NCBI GenBank assembly: GCA_030167865.1
Contig: JALAGF010003917.1
Span: forward strand, 1 to 61,270
DNA from: Craspedostauros australis
Taxonomy: Eukaryota
DNA length: 61,270 bases
Direction: 5' to 3'
Shown: in pieces, positions 21,963 through 33,103 of the stretch
Layout of the letters: every line of letters starts with the position of its first letter
How positions within the stretch are numbered: the stretch's first letter is position 1
The notes under the pieces: generated by a model
Database searches by the model: none
Told to the model about the DNA's origin: nothing
Seen by the model: only the letters and a program-made list of their open reading frames with translations
Translations under genes and position numbers: made by a program

Positions 21963-24696
21963 GGCGACGGCCCACAAGCCCGTGGGCTGAAAGCGAAGGA
22001 GGCGAGGCAGGGGCGGTGATGGTGACCCGCGAAGGAAACGGCAACTTCTTCCGATTGTTTGCTGTTGTTTGCTTGTCAGTTTCTTCCCAAACACACGCTC
22101 CGCGCGCAAGGCGGGAAATACCGCGGTGCAAGTGCGACTGTTTCTGTTTCCGCCCACGCAAACAGACACAAATTGCACGCTTGAACCATGTGAAAAACAC
22201 GGAGAGCAGCAACTGCTCTCTGTTCCACGCGTGGTATCTCTCTGTCTCTGTACGTAATCGTGCCCAGTCCTCGTGTCGCCAGGTGCGCAACAAACAAAAC
22301 AACACGCCAAGAAAGGCACCAAACGTGTTGTTTGTTCGATGGTGTGGCTGTCTTGCTCTCACATTTTTGACGCGACGTTGCCAAGAAGCCGTAGAAACAA
22401 TACCGAACTGAACGTCGAGGCGAGTTCCTCAAGAACTTGTCCAAAAGTGTCAGAATTGCAGCCAAGAATCATGGCAGATGCATGTCGCAGCAGTGTCGCA
22501 TCCATGCCACAGCGTGCACACTTCCTGCGTCACACTTATGGTCCAATCAACTTTGAATACCCGGAAACGTTCTTTCTCCTGTGTCGATCCGGAAATGCAA
22601 AATGGAACATACGGAGGGACTAATAAATGCCTGCATGCGGTATGCAGAAGTACTGCAAAGTGTTACATGACCATCTGGGACAAAGAGAACTGTGTGACGA
22701 GGCAGGCTCTGTCGCAATGTTGGGGGTTGCGGTAATACGAAAGCGAATCGCCAAACAGGCTATCAATTGAGCTGTATCAGACGAAATAATAATTTGTGTG
22801 CCGCAGCTTTGAAACACGTTCCTTGCACTTGCGCGCACTTCGTTTCAACTGGATGGGAAGCGCGCGAGCGAGCTTCGATTCAACTGGATGGGAAGGGCAC
22901 GAGCGAGTGCGCATGTGGCCACGTACCTCCAACCAATCAAAACGCATTAAGCAGCGTCTGCACACACAAGGAGGTTGTGACGAAGGCAATCGGCGCACTT
23001 TCCGATTGGTCAGAACCATGTCGCTGTCTGTTCTGTGTGTCTGACACGTGTCGTGTTGTGACATCAACATGTGAGAGCGGAATGGTTGTTACGCGCCAGC
23101 CAGCACACGATGCAGACACGAAGCACTGTCAGCCAACCAACCGACACGATCAAATCAACCGAACGAAACCAGTCAACCAAACCCACACGAGCGACAAACA
23201 CGAAGGCAGGCAGACGGCGGAACTTTTTTGCGAAGGGAGGGAAGGAAAGAAACGGCAGCTCCGCGGATGGAGTGTTCCTGGAATGTTGGGTGGTTGTGGG
23301 AGTTTGCGCGTGTGCCTTCTCGCGACAACGTGCGAGCTATTTGTGCCGAATGGTTGGGAACCAGTAGAGAAGTACGAGTACTGGCGTACACGCAGGTTAC
23401 GAGCCACTGGTGGTGGTGGTACGAAATGACACCCAGTGATGTCAAAGGAGACGGAAAGAGAAAGAGGAAGACCCCAACGGGCAACGCTCAAATCGTAACG
23501 CGCAGCGAAGCAACGCGGCGTGACGTCCTCTCGCAACTGTGGTCGTGAGAGGTCTACTAGTACTCTTCCGTGTCACAGCACATCAGCGCGCATCTACGCG
23601 TACTTTACGACCTATTACTATTCGTACGAGCGTTAACAACACGAGCACCTCGTAGCTGTCGACCGTACTCCACGGGTGGTGGCGGTAACGTTCTCGTATT
23701 ACATCTTTGGCACAAGACACAACGCCGCACAGAGAGAGCAGAGTGATTCACTCTCTGGACCATCAAACGACCACCACAGCGCGACAACATCTCACCACGA
23801 CAACAATCGCCCACGCAAACCGAGTTGGTCTCTTCGCCTCTTTGTTCCTTCCGTCTTCTCACGGCCAGCATCACCGGCTCCACCCCACGCAACACCAACA
23901 TCGCCACCGGCAACGACATCCTCCGCGACCTTCGCGAGGCGCGTCACGGACACCTCCAACCAACCAAGCAAGCAAGGAACGAGGTAAGGAAGCAAGCAAG
24001 CAACCCAGCTGAGCTCCATCCAACAAGCAACAAGCAACAAGCAACAAGCAACAACATCCATCATTCTTCCCACACAATCGGTTGGATTGCAAGTCATCCG
24101 TTGCAACCAAGAGAGACAAGAAGAGCAATAGAGAGCAACGGTAGACCACAAGCTAGGTTTTGCGTCCATCATTGCCAACTTCACTCCGCTCCACTCACCT
24201 GCCTGCTCATCTCATCACAGACCTTCCTTTTTGCGCGGGTCCACGCTGAAACTCGTTCTCCTCGAGACGGCTGCACGTCCCAACAAGAGAAGGCACCGTA
24301 TCACTTGAGTGCAATACAAGACAACGACTTCCCCCTCCTCTCTATCCGCACTCCATCATCAAGATAACACATAACACATTTCACAAGGAAGCGCAAGAGA
24401 AGAGCAGACGTCGCCAGGCACTCTGTCGCAGATGCGTGTCACGCAGCACTCGTCGTAGCCCGCAGACCAGCAACGACTGTCCACGCTCTCACATCAGCAG
24501 ACGCTTCAGTAGACGCTTCAGTAGACACTTCAGTAGACACCTCAACAGATACAAGCAAGAAGAGACAGACCAACGAGGTCAGCAACAAACCTGCTGCCTC
24601 GGGTCAGCTCCGACTCCAGCAGCACCGCAAACGCAAGGCGTAGCTGCAAACCCCAAGTCCATCCCCTCTGGCTGCACTCACGAGACGGACAGCGCC

Positions 24697-26316
24697 ATGG
24701 CCTCTACATCCGTTGCTAAGGCTACCGGTGCCGCTGCGACCGCTTGTGAAAATGGTCACAACGCGCCAGCATCATCAACCTCGTCCGCCTCCTCCTTGCC
24801 AACCCAAGATATGCCAGTGCCCACCGCCGTCAGCCTCAACCTGGAAGCAAGTTCCGGTCTCGTCTCCAATCTGCTCACCGACAACGGCATCAGCATGAAC
24901 GTTAACGTGAACTCGAGCATGGACATGAACACTATTGGCGCCAACACTGACAACTCTGCCAACTCTGACACCAAAGAAGTTGGTCGCATCAAGCCCAAAC
25001 CGGTCTGTCAAGATGAGACCATGCGCCGCCGCTCCATGACCCAGGAGCAGCTGGTCAAGTACTGCTTCGCCATGGATTGCCCTCCACCATCAACGACGAC
25101 CACGGCTCTCGCAGCCGCGGCTACGGATGCGGCTTCAACCGTCGCCGCTCTCATCAGCAAGCCAAGCGACGCAGCACTCTCTGTGGCAATGGTATCCTCC
25201 AGCTCTTCCACAGCCTCCAACGCCAGCACCATCTCTTCCTTCGAATGCGATCATGCTGCTACGGGAGGAATCACTGGCACAACCGTGGCCACTGCCGTCA
25301 CCACAGCAGTCACCACAGCACCTGTGTCTGTGCCTCCTCCAGCCAAGGACTGCCCGGCCACTCCCGCGAGGCTGTCCAATCTGCAGTCGGAGCGCATCAA
25401 CCAGAAGGTCACCTCCCGCAAGGTATCTCGCAATGGCCGCAAGACGCAGAGGTGGCACACGGACGGACCCAACAACCGCGTGTGCCGCCTGGTCACGGGC
25501 TGCATTCCCATCCTGGAGAGCGGAAAGATCCTCTTCGTCTCGGCCTCCAGAAAGCCGGAGTGGATCCTCCCCAAGGGAGGCTGGGAGCAGGACGAGCTCA
25601 TGGAGGAGAGCGCCATCCGCGAATCCTTCGAGGAGGCCGGTGTCCTCGGAGTCCTAGGCCCAAGGCTCGCGCAGATCGACTACGAAACGCGCAAGAGCAA
25701 AAAGCGTCGCATGGAGTTCGAGCAGAAACAAAAGGAGCAGCAGAACAACAAGCAACAACGCCAAAAGACCAACGTCTGCGGCGATGCCGTTGCAGATGAC
25801 AACGCATCTCGCATTGGCAAGATCACCACGACTGCTCGTGCAACAGCAGTCAGCCCCATCCCAGAGATGACCCCCGCCACTATTTCCTGCGATATCGTGG
25901 CTGGAAATAGTCGTGCGGGAAGCGTGGCCACCACCCAGTCGCAACTGAACCATCACCAGCAACCAGACATGTGCGCCACGCCATCGTCGGCCTCTTACAC
26001 TTCCGTGCCAACGACCCCGTCCATCAAGAAGACGCTCTTCGACGACACCTTGTCGGTCTCATCGGAGACGTCCACCTATTCCCACGTGCGCATGACACTC
26101 TTCCCCCTCTACGTCTGCGAGGTCAAGAAGGAGTGGCCAGAGAGCGGCCGCTTCCGCACCGCCGTCGACATCGACGACGCCATCAAGATGTGCGAGAACC
26201 GTCCAGAGTTCCGCCAAGCCCTCATCGAGGTCAAGGACCGCAATCTACACATGCGTCAGGACAACGCCAACTCTGCCATCCCACAACCTTCCGCTCCTGT
26301 CGCGCAACAGATATGA
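24697..26316 (+). CDS. Nudix hydrolase, diphosphoinositol-polyphosphate phosphohydrolase (DIPP/Ddp1/Aps1)-like subfamily
   Basis: Nudix box WILPKGGWEQDELMEESAIRESFEEAGV, with upstream SRNGRKTQRW...RLVTGCIP and downstream FPLYV...WPESGRFR, typical of this subfamily. First in-frame ATG (gccATGg) at 24697. Confidence 0.85.
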   Translation: MASTSVAKATGAAATACENGHNAPASSTSSASSLPTQDMPVPTAVSLNLEASSGLVSNLLTDNGISMNVNVNSSMDMNTIGANTDNSANSDTKEVGRIKPKPVCQDETMRRRSMTQEQLVKYCFAMDCPPPSTTTTALAAAATDAASTVAALISKPSDAALSVAMVSSSSSTASNASTISSFECDHAATGGITGTTVATAVTTAVTTAPVSVPPPAKDCPATPARLSNLQSERINQKVTSRKVSRNGRKTQRWHTDGPNNRVCRLVTGCIPILESGKILFVSASRKPEWILPKGGWEQDELMEESAIRESFEEAGVLGVLGPRLAQIDYETRKSKKRRMEFEQKQKEQQNNKQQRQKTNVCGDAVADDNASRIGKITTTARATAVSPIPEMTPATISCDIVAGNSRAGSVATTQSQLNHHQQPDMCATPSSASYTSVPTTPSIKKTLFDDTLSVSSETSTYSHVRMTLFPLYVCEVKKEWPESGRFRTAVDIDDAIKMCENRPEFRQALIEVKDRNLHMRQDNANSAIPQPSAPVAQQI

Positions 26317-27262
26317 CAACAGCCCCATGTGGTTCGCACCGTCTAGCCACTCGTGAGGTTGGCGAAGATGTCGATCAAGACCAATCGCTTGGCTCTTGGA
26401 TGTGTGACCATTGTGCGATCCACATGCGGAGGAGAAGGGACAGAAAGCATAGGGAAGGAAAAGGAGACAGACCACATCATCGCACCGGGTTGAGTGACTT
26501 GGCTTTAGTTGAGTTGAGTTGTGCTGATTCAGCACCTGTAGATGAATAATACAACGCCAGAACCACAAAGGAATACAACCGCAACAGTAGATGCACATCA
26601 TCCCGGTGCCCCTACGAATACCACCCACCATATAAACATAGAAACAATCAAATAAACAACATACGCACAGATATAGACACACAACGCAGGCAACTAATTG
26701 ACAACTCCATGTCCACAACGACATATCCCCAGCGCCACCATGCTGCATACATGTTACGTTGAAGATGACACCTAATCCATTTCTCGACGTCCAACCCACC
26801 CTCGTGAGGCAACGGGACCAACATGAGCGACATCAACCAAGTGCCATACCAGTACAACCAACGAGGATGAGATGCAGCTGAAAAACAGCGCATCATTTTC
26901 CCGGCACGGTGTTTGGGCACCACTCCATGCTACCTACCTACACGAATACTCGCACTCTGCTTCAAGTCGGAGACATGGAGGAGGCCCTTTGCCCCGCGAG
27001 TGCACAGTCGCTCAAGTGCTATCATGCATGCATTGCACAATGGTTGGCACATAATACCATTATTTATAGATACTCATCGCATACAGTTTGCGGTAGAGTC
27101 GAGTGAGCATGGCATTCCAACAGCAGGCAGCTATTACTTTATAGTACAGCGAGTGGTGTGGAGTGAGTATTCATGGTCAAGTTTACATATCTGAAAGCGC
27201 AACCGCCCCTAATAGTGAGTTTGCATGCATCCTCTTCGATTGCGCGCGCACGTGAACGCCCA

Positions 27263-27980
27263 TCATGCGCCCGAGTTGCACAGATGGAATAGGAACCGGT
27301 TCTGCTGCGTGGCCGATGCCACGAACTCCTCTGCGGTTATTCGCTGCACCTGCTTGCTCAGCACGGTCCCGCTGTTGTTCATGGAACGCGACGGCCGGAT
27401 CATCCACTGAAATCGCAGCGCGTTGAGCCGCTCGATGCGCTCCGGTGTGATGGTGGACTTCTTGCCCTGCAGGAACAGCCGGTACTGCCGCCGCTGACCC
27501 TTCACCCAGATGCCCAGCGACGGGTTCGGCTGGTACACCGTCGGCACGTTCGTGTGCCCCGTCTCCTGGTGAAACACCAGCAGATCCGCCAGGCGGTTCT
27601 CCCACGCATCTTCGTGCGTGTCCCACACGAAACCCAGCCGCGTCAGCTTGTCCTGCCGTTCGTCAGTCAGCGTGGAATGCCGACCTTCCACCTTCTGCTT
27701 GTACTGGTACCTCTGGCGCTTCACCCAATGCGACAGCGCCTTCGAGTCCTTCGGTTCCACCAGGCAATGCCGATGGCGTGAATGGAACTGCACCAGCTGC
27801 TCGTACCGCTTGCCCCACTGGTCGGATTGGTACTTGCGGAATTTGATCGACGGAGCAGCTGTGGAGGATGCCGAAGCTGACAGCCGCGTTGCGGGCATGT
27901 GATCGTCGCCGAGCCATGCCGCGTTATTGGGAAAGTCCAGCTCGTCGGCATTTGCTACAGGAATGGTTTCTACGCACGCC

Positions 27981-28023
<43 letters not shown>

Positions 28024-29374
28024 TGATGTTGTTGGCAATGGTGCAGGCATTGATGAGTTCTTGCGTTCCGAGGATGGAGTGAATCAGGTTGTAATCGGGG
28101 GAGTTCATGGTTCCATCACGTTGGAGCTGCTGGGCCGTCGGTTGTGCGATCGGCTGGTGCTGATGTGCCTGTTGGCGATGCTGCGACTGCTGCCGCAGCT
28201 GCTCCTCCTGCTGATCAGATTGCTTCTGTGATGTTTGGAATTTCGGCAGTCCGTCTTGTGGCGGGTATTGATTTTGGTTCGCCTGAGGAATCTGACTGAA
28301 ATGCTCCTCGAACGCTCCAGAGCGAAGCACATCATGCAAGTTGTATGGTTTGGAGAGAATGGAGTCCATCGTGCTGTCCATGCCCTTCACGTTCCATGAT
28401 TTGGTCTGTTTGTGGCATCGCTGTAGCTCGAAGCTCTGCGCTGCTTCCTTCACTGTCATTCGGAGCGGAAAACACTCGTTTACGTCGGCGATAGCGTTGG
28501 CACTGGTATTGATATTGGTTGTTGCATTGGCGCCATTTCCGTTTCCCTTGTTGCTGATATTGTTGTTACAGTTGCGGTTGCTGCTGCTGGTGGCTGAGGC
28601 TGTGGCGGTGGTGGTGGTGGCGCTGGCGTCTATGGCCATGGCTGTGCCTGCATCTGCGCCCATGTTGGAGTGTGTGGTCCGACCATCGCAGTTGCGTTGG
28701 AATCTCCCGTTGTCCAGGGTATTGGCATTGCCAAGTGTGCGACTGTCGGAACTTCTCATCGATGATGCCATTGCCATCGAAAGGATGGACGTCCCGACCG
28801 TGTGTGTGGTCGACAATGGCGTCGGCATTGCTGCTGCCTTCGCTTCCATCAAGAGATGTGCGTGCCTGGCCTTCGGGTCCTCGTCGTGGGGATTTGGAAA
28901 GAGTGTGTGGAGGAAGTTTTCCATTTCGTCAGTTGCACCGAGCTTGTCGAAGGTTTCCGCCGGGTTGACTTTGTTGACAACAAAGATGGAGCTGCTTTGA
29001 ATTGGCGACGGCTCGAGGGCATTGTGATTGTGATTGAGGCTGTCATTGCAGTTGCGGCAGTGGTTGCGGCTGGTGTGATCCTTGGCACTCGCAGGATCTC
29101 TGGGAAAATTGCCTTGTGTGCTGTCGCTTGCCTCGAACAAGAGTTTCCCGTTCGCGTGCGGGTTCATGTTCATCATGTCGAGATTGCCGATGTCGTCGAT
29201 GGCAACAATGTCGCTAAAATCGTCGTCTCCGCCATCAGTGAAATCGTCCATGAGCACCCGGTCAAGTAAGGGGGACCATTCCATTGGGAGACGAGAGCCG
29301 CTGTCATCCCTGAGTGAATCGAAGGCGACGTTGGCTCCTGTGCCAAGGGGTTGGCCTGTGGCCATGCCTTTCAT
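27263..29374 (-). CDS. Protein with two C-terminal HA (helicase-associated) domains and a long low-complexity N-terminus; putative nucleic-acid binder
   Basis: QWGKRYEQLVQFHSRHRHCLV...LSHWVKRQRYQY...LTDERQDKLTRLGFVW and WENRLADLLVFHQETGHTNVP...LGIWVKGQRRQY...ITPERIERLNALRFQW. First in-frame ATG at 29374. Confidence 0.88.
27983..28024. repeat. (GTTGCC)n coding microsatellite, about 7 copies, encoding (GN)n
   Basis: Read directly; lies inside the 2-HA gene. Confidence 0.9.
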
Positions 29375-32300
29375 CTTCGTCTCCAACGTGTGTTTCGGCC
29401 TTCAGAATTGTTCCGTTGTTCTTTCTTTTCTTCCGAAGCTGTGTGCCCTTGGTGACCGTGCTACCACCTGTGCCGCTGTTCCGTTGGCTCTTCCTCCGTG
29501 TTGCCGATGATCAACCGCAGGGTTGCGATGGGCAGGGAGATGGATCGGCGGAGGGATGGGGCGATGGAGCGATGAATGTGTGGATGAATGGGCGAATAGT
29601 GTCGCTATGTCCGTGGATACCAGGGACGTGGGAGAACAGTGAACGGAGGTGGTGGACTTTGTGGGCAGAAGTGGCGGTAGCAGTAGGAGTAGCGCCAGCG
29701 TAAGCGCTTGGGGCTCTCGTGTGGTCGTCGTCTTCGATGTCCTTGTCGGTGGTGTTGCAAATTTGTGAGGTGAATGTGTTGGGCACTTAGCCACAAAGAG
29801 TTTCGCCTGCTGGAGACGGGATTGTCCTTGGGCATTTGCTGCTGGCTGTTTGAGCTGTACATGGCATTCCTCCGACAACCATACATATCAAAGCGTGTCT
29901 GATGTGACACGATTCATAAATGGGAGGAAAGAAGTTACTCCTAAAAACAGGATTGTCACAGACGTGCCCAGTGCCTCGATCGACAAGACAGAACAATAGT
30001 TGAGAAAGAGAAGGCAACGAAGCAAAGAACAGAGACAAGGGATGACAGGCGAACTGCATTCAACCTGGAGAATCCCACACACAAACACACGAAGTTCACA
30101 GAAATCCCTTCGTCCTCAACGTGTCGGAGGAATGACCACGCGGTGGGCCGGAGCCTCTCCTGCCTTCGTCACTCTGTCGGTTATCTGTTTTTGTTGTGCT
30201 GTGGGGAGTCCACTCTGCCGTACACTTATCCTTGCAGCTTCTGTTTGTTTTCATTTATTGTCCCGTGATGAGGCGAACATTCTTTTTGTTTCTTTTGTTC
30301 CCTTTCTGCTGTAAGAAATGTTGTTGAATGGTTGTTGCCATTCCTATCCCGGTCACTTGGGGAGACGACGCACTTCAAATGCTCCTCTTTGTGTTGTCTT
30401 CGTCATCATGGTTCTTCTGGTTGCAGTTGCGACTGTTGTTTGTCCTCATGCCATCGCCTTTCATGTGGTGTTGGCCAGTTGCGCGAGAGGCTGATTGAGC
30501 TCCTCGCCTCGCCACTACTGTGCATTCTGGGTATAGCAGAGTTAAGCTCTCTTGTAGCGCAACCGCCTTTTGTCCGTTTCTCATGCTGGATGATGCTGGG
30601 GATCTTCGGCGCTACAAATTGCACCAGCACATTGTGGGTACGGGTGTACAAGAGGAAACAAGAGTACGAGTGACGCACTCGAAAACAAGGGTCATGTTGG
30701 CCTTATCCATACATAGTAGTCGTATGTGTTGAAAACTTCTGCAAGGGAGGTATTCTATAATATAATAATAGATTGGATGATCACTGGCGATGTCAAGCGA
30801 CGCGCCAACGCTTCCATCCCACGTTAGATCTCGATGCAGATCAGTCCGGCAAAGCAAAATAGACACGAGAGGTAAGTATGTTCGATGCTTGATCCGCTTT
30901 GCTGCTGCGTCTCAAGACCGACATACGTACGCAATGCTGCGTTAACTCGTCTGGCAACCGCCTACGCCGAAGAAACATGGGATTCGAGGGTAACAATACG
31001 CCTCTTTCTCATCCACAGTTACATGCTAGTACGATGTACAATCGGCTTCGTCCTTGATCCATAGCCCCTCGTCAGAATTTCACGAGCCTGAACTTGATGA
31101 TAACAGGACGCCCCGGACCAGAATATCCGTGCGTCCCATACTCCTACCGCACCTACTCGTATTTGGACAATACATCATTTCGCAGAGAAGACATCCGGTA
31201 CGAGTTTCACCACTCAGGAATTAAGCAGGACACAAGTGCGGATAGCATTGGTACTGGAGTAATAATATTTACGAATACAATAGCAGCCAAAGGCGATGAA
31301 GAAGAACGTGAAGGGAAAGCTGAAGCGATCGGGCTTTGTTCGAAGGCTGAGTGGATGGAATGGAGTGTAGAGCAAATCACGATGAGATGCTCTTGATTCT
31401 TCTGGTTGATCGGAGTTTGTGCCACGCACCACTCGCAAACGAAAAAACACGAAGAGACACCGAAAGCATGACTCATCCAACAAGCGCATGCAGACTGTGT
31501 GCAATCGTGTGCTATGCGAGACTTGCACGTTACCCAAGGAGCACTACTTGGTATTCCGCAGGTGCGGTCCTTCATGGATAGTGGAGGATCAGCTCGGCAC
31601 CTCGGCACCTCATGCACTCTTTGATTGTTGGCGCCTTCGCTGGTGCCGTCGCAGCTTTGTGGAAGTTCTCGAACTTTTGCCTCCCCTGTCCTCCCGCGCT
31701 CTTTCTGACAGAAACCGCAGAGGGACAGAACGTTCGCACAACGACGATTCCGATACGCTCGGGTGGAACACATCGCTCTCCATCTGCTCCAGCTGCGCTT
31801 CGCGATGCGTTCATGAACTTGGATGTACGTGTACTCGTACATACACTGGCTGTGCCAGGACACAAGAAGGCAGCTCGTATACTCGCACATGCAGGCATAC
31901 ATGCATAGGAGGCTGGTTGGTTTCATGCCGAGATCAAACAAGATGTCTTCGCTCCCACACGCGTACGAGAGGTCAGTATGATCCACTTCATCGGAAGTCC
32001 ATGCCGCATCCTCCTCCACATCATCATCATGATAGCGCTCTTTGCTTCTCGGCGACAGGCACGACTAGTTTCAGTACACAAAGCACCAACGGCCAGCGCC
32101 AGCGCCTCTCCCTCTCTCTGGGGTCGCGTTCCACACTTGGTGTTGGGTAGAGGCACAGAATTCCACAATGTGGCAAGCATCGAAATGGTGCAGCCGTTCA
32201 AAGAACAGTGAGGGATCTCGAGTTTGTACACGAACACATTTGCGCTCTCATGTCGGTGGAAACGGTCGGAATAACTCACTTGTCTGTCCATTTCATTGCC

Positions 32301-33103
32301 GAATTGACATGTTTGATTGGTAGCGACGTGGAACATGATGAATGGCAAGGACATTCTCAAAACATCACCATCGTTCAAGCGGCAATGGCAATACCGCGAC
32401 TTGGCCTTCGTGCAACCAACAGTGTGTGGATGTTTGCAACAGTCGCGGGAATGTTCGGTACTAGCGAACATCACGCATTCTCTGTTCCTTCGTGGCGTTC
32501 GCCATCGTTCTTTGGGTTCGAGACGTGAACAAAAACGGACGATGAACAGACAATGAGAACTACAAAGAAGCGCCAACAACCACCCATCGTGATGTAAATT
32601 CGGGATCTCCGAGTTTGAGTTTGGTGATGTTGTGTCACTTCACGTGAGCAGGCAAAGAGCGAGAGAGATCTCCTTTCCTGTGATGTTGATGGGCAAGGAG
32701 ACGGAATAGGCAACAGGAACACCAGCCAGAGCAGCGGACAAACAAGAGCACACGTCAGATAGTAGACACACCCACGAGTAGTCGTACGAGTAGTACTCTG
32801 GTGGACCAGACGCGGAACGTCCAGACAGCAAGCAGCGGCACCAAGTGGCATCAATCGCATCTTCATTCGCATCTTCGAGCGGATCTTCGAGCGGATCTTC
32901 CAGTGCAGTTTCCAGCACACCTTTCGGTCCAACTTCACGTGTATCCAAGATCGCATCCAAGGTCGAGAGGCAAGGCCGAGAGGCAAGGAACGTGATAGCG
33001 TTTGCGTGACAGATCAAACACCGACGTACGCGGAGACAGAGTCACAGCGAACAAGAGGATCCCAGAGGGACAGAGAGGGATAGAAAGCCAGCGATCCATC
33101 ATC

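Noticed and set aside
14799-22322. Four separate HA genes, as suggested by the ORF track
   Set aside because: Canonical introns join them in frame and complete HA motifs across every junction.
31207-32579. ORFs of 218-270 aa in the intergenic gap
   Set aside because: They overlap on both strands, have Cys/Arg-rich random-like composition and weak starts, and contain no recognisable domain.
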